A stretch of 64,000 nucleotides of DNA, from NCBI GenBank assembly GCA_024704765.1, contig JAKMXF010000298.1:62001-126000 (forward strand). Direction: 5' to 3'. The notes under the pieces are model-generated. The model had not been told where the DNA came from. It worked only from the letters and a program-made list of their open reading frames with translations, and did not search any database. Position 1 is the first letter of the stretch. Each line of letters opens with the position of its first letter. The DNA is from Oopsacas minuta. Lineage: Eukaryota; Animalia; Porifera. Position numbers and translations under genes: made by a program. Below, piece after piece: positions 1 through 10,144 of the stretch.

Positions 1-1114
1 CCCAGTCTCGGTGTAGCTCATTATTCTCGTCCGGCTGAGGCCATTCTACTTCACTAATAACATGAGAAGTTTGGAATACTAAAGCTAACCAGTAACTGCC
101 CACGAATTCAGCTACAAAGTTGAAGAGAATTATTTTCCAAACTGGCATATAAAAGTATAAGAGAGTTATTCTGTAATTTATATGCAAGAACTTTCCTATA
201 TAGAATTGAGCTAGCTGAGAATAAGTAGGAATAGTTAGAGTCATAGCGCTATTCCTTCCGTTTCTAAGCAAGAAGAAATCTTGGAATCTAGTCTTAAGAC
301 CTAGAAAGCAGTAGACTAACGGTACATACACGTGCTGGTAGATATAGCGAGGCACCCAAGGCTGGTAACCTTTGATACGACGGATATCTGCTTGATGCTC
401 ATGTGTATAGATATCAGGATCTCTGCCGTCTACATTTGTGAATGGGTGATGTCCCATAGTGTGCTGGTGTATCCACATAAATATAGAAGCACCATGGAAC
501 AGATCATGAACAGCCCCGAATACTCTCCAGACCCAGGGTTTATGAGTTATAGAGAAGTGCGAGGAATCGTGTGTAAATGTCATTGCTACCAATGCAACAT
601 CAAATCCCCAAATAGCTGTCATAAACAGTGAGAACAGCATGTTGTCATGGTTATGCATTACAGTGAAGGTGCAGACAAACGCGAAACCTAGGAAGAATGC
701 ATACCTCACAAACATCCACGGATCATATTTAGGATCTATATTATTATCTTTGAAATATTTGTCAACTCTTTGTTTCAGAGTCCGGTAGAATTCACCACGG
801 GCCGGATAAACCGGCCATTCATTAGTTACCAACTCTCCAACATAAAATTTCTCTAAGATTTTGAAAGCCTTATCACTATGATATGATTCAAATAACTGCG
901 AAATATCACGTCCAGCACCTAACGCAATCTGGTCAGCACCACCTGGATGTTTCTCAATGAAAGAACTGACGTCATAAACCTTCCCGTGAACAGCGACATG
1001 AGCATTATCTCTACGATTGTAAGTAGCAAGTTCCTCACAGGTATAAGTACGTATTGCTTTAGCTGGTTTAACTATTCCATTTGTTAGACAGCCGTTAGCT
1101 ATGATATCTGTCAT
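1..1114 (-). CDS. Cytochrome b5-fused front-end (Delta5-type) fatty acid desaturase, intronless in the visible part, 3' end beyond window edge
   Basis: Hand translation from ATG 1114 is open to position 1: MTDIIANG...KVYDVSSFIEKHPGG (cyt b5 HPGG)...GAGRDISQLFESYH...THDSSHFSITHKPWVW (His box 1)...WIHQHTMGHHPFTNVDGRDPDI (His box 2)...WLALVFQTSHVISEVEWPQPDENNELHRDW. Absent from the ORF track, probably because its stop lies outside the window. Confidence 0.93.
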   Translation of the reverse strand, partial: MTDIIANGCLTNGIVKPAKAIRTYTCEELATYNRRDNAHVAVHGKVYDVSSFIEKHPGGADQIALGAGRDISQLFESYHSDKAFKILEKFYVGELVTNEWPVYPARGEFYRTLKQRVDKYFKDNNIDPKYDPWMFVRYAFFLGFAFVCTFTVMHNHDNMLFSLFMTAIWGFDVALVAMTFTHDSSHFSITHKPWVWRVFGAVHDLFHGASIFMWIHQHTMGHHPFTNVDGRDPDIYTHEHQADIRRIKGYQPWVPRYIYQHVYVPLVYCFLGLKTRFQDFFLLRNGRNSAMTLTIPTYSQLAQFYIGKFLHINYRITLLYFYMPVWKIILFNFVAEFVGSYWLALVFQTSHVISEVEWPQPDENNELHRDW

Positions 1115-1241
1115 TGTCTGGTATAAGAATGTTAAATCATTATCGTAAATACAAATACAGTAACTATTTTACCAACACAACACACAAATATAATATACAA
1201 GCTATGCTAATAGTGTTTACAAAATAAACTAATCCAATCAT

Positions 1242-4033
1242 TTATTTAGGAATTAAAGGCAGTCTTTCGTAGAATAGTATATAAGCTTGTGACTGGAATA
1301 CTTCTTCACTACTAACCTTACTCACCATGGAATCACTAATATAATACCAATCCTCTGCAGGCTGTATGTGTGTACTGAACTCATAAGGATTATGCATGTG
1401 TGTACTAGGATGTGTTACTGGTAAAGTAGGTTTGGAAGCTCCAGCTGATTCTGTAACAATATCCATAGGAACCTCTCCTTCTGTATCTGCTGTATCTGTT
1501 TCTATTCTGTCATTTTGAGGGAATTTAACTTGACTGCTCCAATCAGCAATATTAACATAAGCTATATAGTGTCCTCCTAGCATGCCACCTGAATGACTCA
1601 CTATTCCTCTCAGACAGTATAATATGGAGTTATCACTATCTCTAGCCACAAGTGTATCATTAACACAGTAAGGTGACATGTCTAGTACTAGAGGGAAGCT
1701 TATTTGTTTTCCTATCTTCTGTAGACGTAATCCTACTTGGGAGAATCTTTTGAGATGAATAGTGAGGATAGGAGGTAGAGATTTTATGTGGAATTGTTTG
1801 GTAGCGTCACTGAAAAGACATTTAGATAGATCTATACTTTCTTGACTACCCTCCTTATCATCATCTCCATTATCATCAGATAGCTGAGGATTACAGTGTA
1901 TACATAGATAGTCTCCGTATAGAATTTCAGGAGAGAAGAATTTTGCAAGAAAGTACTCTAACGTATCTTGACCTGAAGGTGTTGGTATTCGCAGTCTAGT
2001 TATATCTTTGGATTTGACTCTTTCTGGCTGTGTATCTGTAGGCTGTGCGTCTGTAGGCTGTGCATCCATAGGCTGTGTGTCTGTGGGTTCTGTAATCTCA
2101 GGACTAGAATGTTCTATTTCCATTTCTTGTCGTGAGTCTGTGTCAGATCCTTTTTGAGTTTGGTCGTTAGGAGATTCAATAGCAGTAATGTTGTCATTAT
2201 CAATTACAACATTATCTATAGGTAGAACAGAACCTGGTCTATTATCAGATATCTCGTCATTATCTTCAGGATTATCAGATTTCTCGTTATTATCTTCAGG
2301 ATTATCAGATTTCTCGTCATTATCTTCAGGATTATCAGATTTCTCTCCATCATCCTTAGGATGTGATGTATTTTCAGATATATCTTCATTATGTTTGTTT
2401 CTATAATTTACATCCATCGAAGCTCTATGTTTAATTCATTCATCCCATTAGTTAGATGCTTATCATGTTCTTTAGAGTCTTTACATTCTTCCTTGCTATC
2501 TCCAACTGTTGTATCAGTATTTTCTCCTTCAATTTCGCTTTTACCCCTATGTTTGGGTATAGGTATATTTGGCGTCAGTTGATGCTCATTGGATGTATTT
2601 TGGAAATCTTGAATACTCATAGTTTTACTGTTCTGCTTTTCTAATCGTTTCTTTTCTTTCTTGCTCAATTTAATTTCACCTTTCTTAAGTTGTTTTTCTC
2701 CTTTCTTCGTTTGGGAAGATTTCGGAGGATTTTGAAGCTTGCTAGGATGCTTCTCAATCGGTAATGGCAATGATATATCTAGAAAAGCTTCATTCACAGA
2801 GAAGATAGCCGTACAAGTGTGACATTTAACCATACTCAGTATTTCTCCACCAAACACATCATCAATAAAAGTACCAGTAAACACGAATATGTTTTTAAAC
2901 TCGCTAACATACTTCTTCAATAACTTCTTCTTTTCTTCAGGATAGTTCTTGAACTCTGTCTTATGTTCTGTTATTTCAAAATGATTCAAAAATGCAACTT
3001 TCAATCGCTTAATTTCCTCGTCCTTAATCATGTCAATTAGGAATCTTAACAACTCATGGCTATCCTGTTGAGAGCCGTTAGCGAACTTTCTATGTTTCTT
3101 AGCTATAGCTTGCTGTACTTTCTTTGGGAGATATCACACACTTTTTTGAATGAGGCTTTTTGCCGATTGACAAATCATGTTGTTTAATCTTAGTTTGTTT
3201 TATGAGGTGGGAGAGAGCATTTGTTAGAGCTCCAGGAGCTGTTGCAGCGTTAGTTATATAACTAAATGTTATAGGCTCTAAATTAGGATGTTTCTTGGGT
3301 ACTAAAGTGAACTCAGTACGATCTAACGTGTAACACAGCTCTCTCTTAAATGTACTCAAATACAGGAGATTCTGTAAGGCTGAATTGAAGTAGCAAGTAT
3401 TACCGAGGTTGTTTAACCCAATTACACGGAAATTACGAGTAATAGTATCTTCTATAGGTAAATCTATATGTGATAGATTCCTACACGGGGAATGAGGTTT
3501 CTTGCTGTTACTAAATACTTTCTTAGCTAAAGACAAACTACTCTCTAACTTCCCTTTTATTAATTCTTGAGCTATATACCTATCACACTTGTAGCACCAT
3601 ATCGTATAATTACTAACACATAACGTTAAACAGTGACTGGGTTCAGATTCATAATGTTTCAGACTATGTTGATTATCGTATCTACCACATCTGGTCTCAA
3701 AGCATTGCATACAGAACCAAAGTTCTCCACTGTCATTATTTGCAGTAGTATCCTCTTTAGATGCAATCTGTGCTTGCATGCAAGCTAAACATTTCACAGA
3801 TTTAATATTACACCCCCCCTTTTTGGCGAGCTTGTTTGTTAGGTGCTATTGGTTGCTGATATTTCCTAACATGTTTACATATAGCTTCATCTTTATCATT
3901 TAATTCTACAGTTTTCATCTTCAGGAGGGTTATCTAGAGCAGTAAGTTCTATATCCTGATTCGTTGGTGGAGTATTTGTAGATTTATCTGCGCTTTTTGA
4001 TTCTGACCCTTTGCCCTTTTTCTTGTTTTCCAT
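1242..4033 (-). CDS. Ubiquitin-specific protease USP16/USP45-like (ZnF-UBP + USP domain), interrupted by four single-base frameshifts
   Basis: Segments: MENKKKGKG (ATG 4033); AICKHVRK; KCLAC...LWFCMQCFETRCGR...HSLKHY...WCYKCD (ZnF-UBP); GLNNLGNTCYFNS (Cys box); QQDSHELLRFL; FGGEILSMVKC; LTIHLKRF; HSGGMLGGHYIAYV (His box); WYYISDS; AYILFYER. The joins need +1,+1,+1,-1 shifts and have no plausible intron. Confidence 0.85.
2026..2085 (-). repeat. 4 x 15-bp coding tandem repeat (TQPMDA/AQPTD-like peptide repeat) in the USP insert
   Basis: Plus-strand units GGCTGTGTATCTGTA / GGCTGTGCGTCTGTA / GGCTGTGCATCCATA / GGCTGTGTGTCTGTG. Confidence 0.9.
2241..2360 (-). repeat. 4 x 30-bp coding tandem repeat (SDNPEDNDEK-like) in the USP insert
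   Basis: Unit ATTATCAGAT(A/T)TCTCGT(C/T)ATTATCTTCAGG at 2241, 2271, 2301 and degenerate at 2331. Confidence 0.92.
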
Positions 4034-4171
4034 TCTATAAATAATATTAATTTTACTAAAAACAATACATTGAGATATGATACTCTCTAAATCAACAAAT
4101 ACTTTGCTACGACAGCTATAAACGAATAATGAATGGGATTATAAAGCAGGAATTATTGGGTAATAATAAAG

Positions 4172-4999
4172 TTATTTCCAATGACTAATCTGTTTCTCCT
4201 TAGAAGTAAGAGGTACATACATAACACCCATAAGAGAAGCTTTCTCTATCTTCCCATCTATTGTTTTAGTATATTTCATTAGGTGTTGATTGCCCCCCTG
4301 CGGTCCTACTGGTATAACTAATCTTCCTCCAGGTTTCAGTTGATCCAACAAGGCTTGTGGTACTTCATCAGCTGCTGCTCCTACATGGATAGCATCATAT
4401 GGAGCTGTTGGAAGGAATCCCAACCTTCCATCTCCTACAACATATTCAAGTTGTCCTATGGTAAGGAGGTCAGCATGACATTTATTCGTATTCTTAATCG
4501 AATAATCGACCAGTTCCTTTATATGCTCTATTCCAACAACCTTGCCCTTATCACCAACTAACAAACTCATACACACACTAAGATATCCAGATCCTGAACC
4601 TACATCTAACGCATTCATTCCTTCCTGTAGATTATCTTGTAACATCTCAAGAGCATATGCATGCATGTGTGGAGCTGATATAGTAGCTTGATAGTTGATA
4701 GACTGAGGGGAATCTTTGTAAGGATTGTAGGTTATGAAATTTCCTCTGTCTACTCTTTTCATAACAACCTCTATTCTAGGGCTCTTAACTATGCCATTAG
4801 CTTTCAATTGATCAACCAGATCTTCATTAGAATCTCCATGTGCTCTCCAAGCCATGTCTCGTGTTTGTAACAGAAGGGGTATACTGGCTAGAGATATGAA
4901 GGGGAGAGTGTAGAGAGAATACAAACAGATCTTTAAGCTAGTTTTCTCTGTAATAAGTTTATTTATCTTATTAGTTAGCTGTTTAAACGCAATCAACAT
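4172..4999 (-). CDS. PCMT1: Protein-L-isoaspartate O-methyltransferase with a 48-aa N-terminal extension
   Basis: Core starts [13 protein letters not shown] (ATG 4855); [57 protein letters not shown] motifs; C-terminus KEKQISHWK. Confidence 0.95.
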   Translation of the reverse strand: MLIAFKQLTNKINKLITEKTSLKICLYSLYTLPFISLASIPLLLQTRDMAWRAHGDSNEDLVDQLKANGIVKSPRIEVVMKRVDRGNFITYNPYKDSPQSINYQATISAPHMHAYALEMLQDNLQEGMNALDVGSGSGYLSVCMSLLVGDKGKVVGIEHIKELVDYSIKNTNKCHADLLTIGQLEYVVGDGRLGFLPTAPYDAIHVGAAADEVPQALLDQLKPGGRLVIPVGPQGGNQHLMKYTKTIDGKIEKASLMGVMYVPLTSKEKQISHWK

Positions 5000-5191
5000 A
5001 TCCTGTAATGAGGAATATTATTATCCTTTTAACTTAGACAACACAAGCCTATACCAGCAACATGATATCTAATAATAATAATAGTCAGTTAATGAAAAGA
5101 TAATTAAACTAACAATTTACAAGGCTATATAATCGTTATCACTCAAAAGATAAAGTTAACTCGTTCCATAGTTATATACTCAAAAGTTCAT

Positions 5192-6037
5192 TCATTCATC
5201 TTTCCCAAACTTCCTTTTATACCTCTCATGAGTAGACTCAGAGGATAGCAATACTGTATGATTCTGGTACTGTTTGGCGCGTACAAACTGAGCATCTGTA
5301 GAGAATATTCTATCTAAAATCTCCCAGTTACTGAAATTACAAACAAAGCTGTAGTGATGGAAATCATGATGTTCATTCGGATACACAAATGGCAGATGAT
5401 ACCCAGAATGGTCTATAATATTCTTAAACTGTACTATCAACACCCAAATTATAACGAGTAGCATGTGTCCACCGAATATGAGAGGTCCAACAATAACTCC
5501 GAGTCCATTAGAGATGAAATGCTCTATAGGATGAGTATACAAGCTAGCAACAGCATACGGAGCAGTGAATTCATGATGCATTTTATGGATATGTTTGTAG
5601 AAGAATGGAACATGTAGTAAACGATGTGTGCAGTAGAACCAGACTTCCTGTGATAAGATATAGCACAAGACAAGGAAAATACTCTCTAGAAAAGATGGTA
5701 ACACCGTGCTGGAAGATAGACCACGCATAGCTGCAATCTTAGGGAAAGGAAGTAGCACAAAAAAAGATATGACAATTTGATTAAACGCTGTGACAGCAAA
5801 AGTATGCATAAATTTCTTTGCATCAATCGGAGGTATGTTCTTATCAGGCTGTATCTTATATTTAGCCAAAAAGACAGGTTTTCCTGTCAAATCAACAAAG
5901 CTGAAGACAGCAATAAAACTCCAGTAGATTAGGTTAATAGTCACCAATGGTAGAATGACAAAGATATTGAAGTTATCATGATTACACAAGTCAAGGGTGA
6001 ATGACCAGATAGAGGAAGGGAGAGACAATAATTCCAT
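5192..6037 (-). CDS. FAXDC2: Fatty acid hydroxylase/sterol desaturase family protein (FAXDC2-like)
   Basis: His boxes HRLLH, HKMHHEF, HSGYH and HHDFHH; KYKIQPDKN and YTHPIEH motifs; hydrophobic segments. Confidence 0.85.
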   Translation of the reverse strand: MELLSLPSSIWSFTLDLCNHDNFNIFVILPLVTINLIYWSFIAVFSFVDLTGKPVFLAKYKIQPDKNIPPIDAKKFMHTFAVTAFNQIVISFFVLLPFPKIAAMRGLSSSTVLPSFLESIFLVLCYILSQEVWFYCTHRLLHVPFFYKHIHKMHHEFTAPYAVASLYTHPIEHFISNGLGVIVGPLIFGGHMLLVIIWVLIVQFKNIIDHSGYHLPFVYPNEHHDFHHYSFVCNFSNWEILDRIFSTDAQFVRAKQYQNHTVLLSSESTHERYKRKFGKDE

Positions 6038-6349
6038 AACTTATTTGAGATAAATAAATTCAAAGATATTAAGTTTAACAAATGAGTTAGAATTATACAG
6101 ATTTATCAGAAACTACTGGATCATCTTACATATACAAATTACTCAAAACAGATGCATATGCAACACGTACGCTCATGCACAATCTGATCTCCACTATGGA
6201 TTGTATAACTACATGATGAGATATTATACTGAACAGAAGTACGCTTAAGCTAAGAGTCTAGCATCCGATTGCCCTGCTGATACAATCATGGATGACAGGG
6301 AGTAATTTACAGACAGAGGTTCAACTTAAGCTTGGTATTAGTCAATTAA

Positions 6350-7530
6350 TTAATGGTTCAAGATATTGTTAATATTTTCAATATGTTGTTCATAAAATTG
6401 AGCTTTCTCAACCAATAACTTTATGAGATCATCTTCCTTGTAAATATCCAATAAATCAGGTTCTTCATGTACAACTACTTGTTGAATTTCTTTCTCAGCT
6501 ATACTCTCTGACGTCATAGAAGACACAGACCATAGACTATCCTCTAACTCTTGGGGATTTTCTACAGAGATAGTATTCATCTCTTTAGTGGGAGGAGATG
6601 GTAATATGACAGTTTGTATTGCAACTTCGTTGCTGTTGAATGTTTGTACAGATTGTGTAGTCATGTATTTAACTGTAGGAGATGACTGATGTATAATGTG
6701 CTTAGTTTGTATGATCTTATTACTTTTGCGTATGTTGTTATTATCTGTATTTGTTTCTGCATCAACCTTAACAACAGAGATATGTTCTGTTATGGTTGGG
6801 TCTTGTTCTAATTGTTCTACAGCAATTTTGCTATTGTAATTAGCTTGTGAGAATTCAGCATGTTTATCCCTGGTTTGTGTCTTACAATTCGTATCCGTAT
6901 TCACATCAATACTAGCAATATGAGGAGAAGCTGATGCTGAAGTTTCTATGCAGATATTATTCGGAGTTTTGGGAGTGTTCGGGTTGCTAATAGTATGTTT
7001 ATCTCTGTGTAAGTATTTGTTAGTTAACTGCTCATAATATTCCTGCTTCTTGTTACGGACAGTATTGTACTCACTGATATGAGATGCTGTGCTTGTAGTA
7101 ATGATATCTTGTGTAGGAGAATCAGTACTCGATTTGTGGTTAGATATTTCCTGCTTTCGTTTCACCCTCCATTCCTGTAGAATATCTTCTGCACTATTTG
7201 CTGGTTTGTAATCAGTTACTTTATCAGGATTATTAATAAGTAAATTTTGCTGTCTTGACTTTATCATAATTTTAGACACAGGCACAGGGCTCTCAGAATC
7301 AAATGGGCTACTCGAGAGGTCCAAATACGAATCAGATAATGCTATGTAAGTGTTAGAATTATCTGGAATAGTTTTGTAATTATTCGATTTAGCACATTGT
7401 TGCGATTTCCACCAAAACTCATCTACATCAAATTCCTTATTACGTAACATCTTTAGAGCCGGTGATGTCTCGCGAAATCTAGTTGCCAAGTTATCGATTG
7501 TGGCCTTCTCTTTTGATTGTATTACTAATC
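6350..7530 (-). CDS. PROSER3-like (proline/serine-rich protein 3); 5' end uncertain
   Basis: RFRETSP...DEFWW, EDILQEWRVKRKQE and a C-terminal EDDLIKLLVEKAQFYEQHI helix match recalled PROSER3 motifs. The frame is open back to an AG at about 7531 with no ATG before the RFR motif, so an upstream exon is likely. Confidence 0.6.
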
Positions 7531-8108
7531 CTAATTATGTAATCTGTAAGATTTGCTTTAACTTAATATTCAATTAATTATTGTAAGAATTCTGACTATC
7601 AAAAGATGTGTTATCAACATATTTAAGGTATGTATAAACAGCCCTGAAGTATAATCACCTGTATGGAGGAAGTATTAGCAGAGATAGGAAGTTATTTGAT
7701 AGAACAGCTGAGCTGTGTAGGATGGAATATAAGTACGTATATAGAATACATTGTTATTTACTGATAATGCAATTAATGAGAGATAATAATCTCTTGAAAA
7801 TAACAGAGCGGTTGCACGCGTACATTGCTTTATGCCAATCAGACCACAATAAATAGTTCAGAAATGTGAGATACTCATATACAGTTGTGGTAGCTGAGCT
7901 GGTGATCCAATGATGTTAGAGACAAGTAAACCAGTATAATGTTCATACACCTCAAATATGTGTATATGTAATTATCAGCCCGTATCTATGTGGATATTGT
8001 TGTGTCTTATAGCCCACTGTAGATACACAAATGCTTTCAATTAAATCAAGAAAATGTTAACAGTATTTGTAATTAAAATAATAAAAAATAAAACCTGAAC
8101 ATACGTTT

Positions 8109-8261
8109 TCACATATCCCAACTAGACTTCTTCTCTGAGATCTTATTAGTTTGTGCTCTGCGAGAATCAATCGAGTTAGATAGGTTCAGAATAAGGAATA
8201 GAATAAAAGAGGAACCGACTAGACTCAGGCCAATTATCTGAAACGAAGTAAATCTCCCCAT
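8109..8261 (-). CDS. Putative 50-aa single-pass membrane microprotein
   Basis: Hand translation MGRFTSFQIIGLSLVGSSFILFLILNLSNSIDSRRAQTNKISEKKSSWDM*: one clear hydrophobic helix, AG directly before the ATG. No family recognised. Confidence 0.35.
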   Translation of the reverse strand: MGRFTSFQIIGLSLVGSSFILFLILNLSNSIDSRRAQTNKISEKKSSWDM

Positions 8262-8930
8262 CTTGAATGATCTAAACTACCTATACTGACTTGTGTACTA
8301 CCATTGCAAGATAATATTAATTAATTAACAACTCATATAAGGAAAAACAGTAACGTAAGCGTTATTATAATATTTGATAAATATTTCAAATACTAAATTC
8401 GTAATAAAGAATTTGATAAATTAATCGTATTGAGCCATCTGGTAACACATGAATATTTTCTTAGAAATATCGTATACAATTTTGGAATATAATCGTATTA
8501 GATTAGTCTCAAAAAATAAAATTAACATAGAACGCTTGATTTTATGTTTGATACTTCGCCATTTTTGTATGGTAAATCAGTCACCCAGCTGGCAGATATG
8601 ATTAAATTCTAATTAGTTATACAACAAATCAAATGAATAGTTTAGATGATTATACAATATTGACAGAATATCAAGATAACGTGTGTAACAGATGTACAAT
8701 CTGTGAATTTGAATAAATTTACAACAGAGCATAAATGGCTTGCAGAACAAAGAAATCAAAACAATTGCTGTAACTTGTCAGGAACAGAAAGGTTCTTCCA
8801 ATCTTACAAAGATACCAGCAAGGTTCCCAGATTTAACCTTATGACAATTCAATAAATGATTATTAATAGTACTAACACATAAGTAATTAAGCTAACACGA
8901 ATATTAAGGATTAATTCGACATAATATTAG

Positions 8931-9755
8931 TTATTTAATAGCAGCTGCTCCTGAAATAATTTCAATCAGTTCTTTGGTAATCACAGCTTGTCTAGTACGA
9001 TTGTATCTGAGTGTTAACCTATCAATCATTTCTCCAGCATTCTTGGTGGCAGCTTCCATGGCAGTCATTCTAGAGCTCTGCTCACTGCAAGCACCTTCTT
9101 TCATAGTGTAGAAGATGAGTGAAGCTAGAGAGAACTCGTGGTAGCATTGTAAGACATCATTATCTATATCATCGTATACTGACAACTTCTCAGAAGATTC
9201 TAAAGCATCTACAGGGAATATTGGTATCTTACTAGTGTTGTATGAGATAACTGATTTAAAATTGTTGTAGTAAACAGCTCCTATATCGTACTCAACACCC
9301 GAAGCAATCACCTCCTCAGCTAAACGAGAAGCATCCTCAAACAAAGGAACCTTCTTTCCGTAATCATTTACAGATAATACAATTTTAGAACCATGTTTTC
9401 CCTGCATCATTGATTTTACCTTGTCGCCTATAATAACTAGCTTAGTGTCATAGTTCTCAAGCTCTCCATTCAAATCGGCTCGAATAGACTTAGCTACATT
9501 TGAGTGTATTCCTCCACATAGTCCCCTGTCTGAAGAAACCAGAATAGCGAGGAATTTCTTCTTTTCCCTTTCCTCGGAAGCTAAATCAGTGACTTCATAC
9601 AAAGACCTAGCTCCTACCCCAAAAATACGAGCTGGAGCTAGTTCGCGCTCTGCTCTTGCGAATTTCGCAGCTGATACCATTTTCATAGATTTTGTTATTT
9701 TCTGAATACTCTTCACACTTTTCAGTCGCATTGAAATAAGTTTCAATGTCGCCAT
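8931..9755 (-). CDS. ATP5F1C: Mitochondrial ATP synthase F1 gamma subunit
   Basis: MATLKLISMRLKSVKSIQKITKSMKMVSAAK, SSDRGLCG, EQSSRMTAMEAATKNAGEMI, YNRTRQAVITKELIEIISGAAA. A possible short exon 1 lies at 9915-9906. Confidence 0.97.
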   Translation of the reverse strand: MATLKLISMRLKSVKSIQKITKSMKMVSAAKFARAERELAPARIFGVGARSLYEVTDLASEEREKKKFLAILVSSDRGLCGGIHSNVAKSIRADLNGELENYDTKLVIIGDKVKSMMQGKHGSKIVLSVNDYGKKVPLFEDASRLAEEVIASGVEYDIGAVYYNNFKSVISYNTSKIPIFPVDALESSEKLSVYDDIDNDVLQCYHEFSLASLIFYTMKEGACSEQSSRMTAMEAATKNAGEMIDRLTLRYNRTRQAVITKELIEIISGAAAIK

Positions 9756-10144
9756 AGCGAAATTTAACAACTCTACAATAGTTCAGAGTTGTAAGGTTAA
9801 CCATAACACGATATCCGTACTGATAATTATAGAGCATACGACATATGCGAAATGTAGCACGAATTATTAATATGCTCACGATCAATGCCAGTCTACTTAC
9901 TTTACCTGTTAGCATATCCGCGTTACTATCTCAAGGGCTATGTCGCACTTTAATAATTGAATATTTATTATTAAAAAGTAATATTCGTACTTTAATAATA
10001 TAATAAATTCATTCGCAAGATCGCTTATAGCATACAAGTGATAGAAGAATTACTGATACACGAAAATGCAATACATTACTACAGATCTATCGTATTTAAC
10101 ATTATTAATTGCAAAAACGAGCCTCTCTGCGCCTCAGCTGTTTA

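Noticed and set aside
332-631. 99-aa plus-strand ORF in the ORF track
   Set aside because: Antisense shadow of the minus-strand desaturase; no recognisable motif.
3109-3905. Ultra-short (10-25 nt) GT-AG introns as the explanation for the USP frameshifts
   Set aside because: They would delete conserved residues or break the USP16 spacing (KE-x4-IAKK), and all other introns here are about 40 nt or longer.
7700-7950. Mpv17/PMP22-like fragments on the minus strand (NYLLWS...RLLSLINC)
   Set aside because: Requires a frameshift and a stop readthrough, and the similarity is too weak to call by eye.
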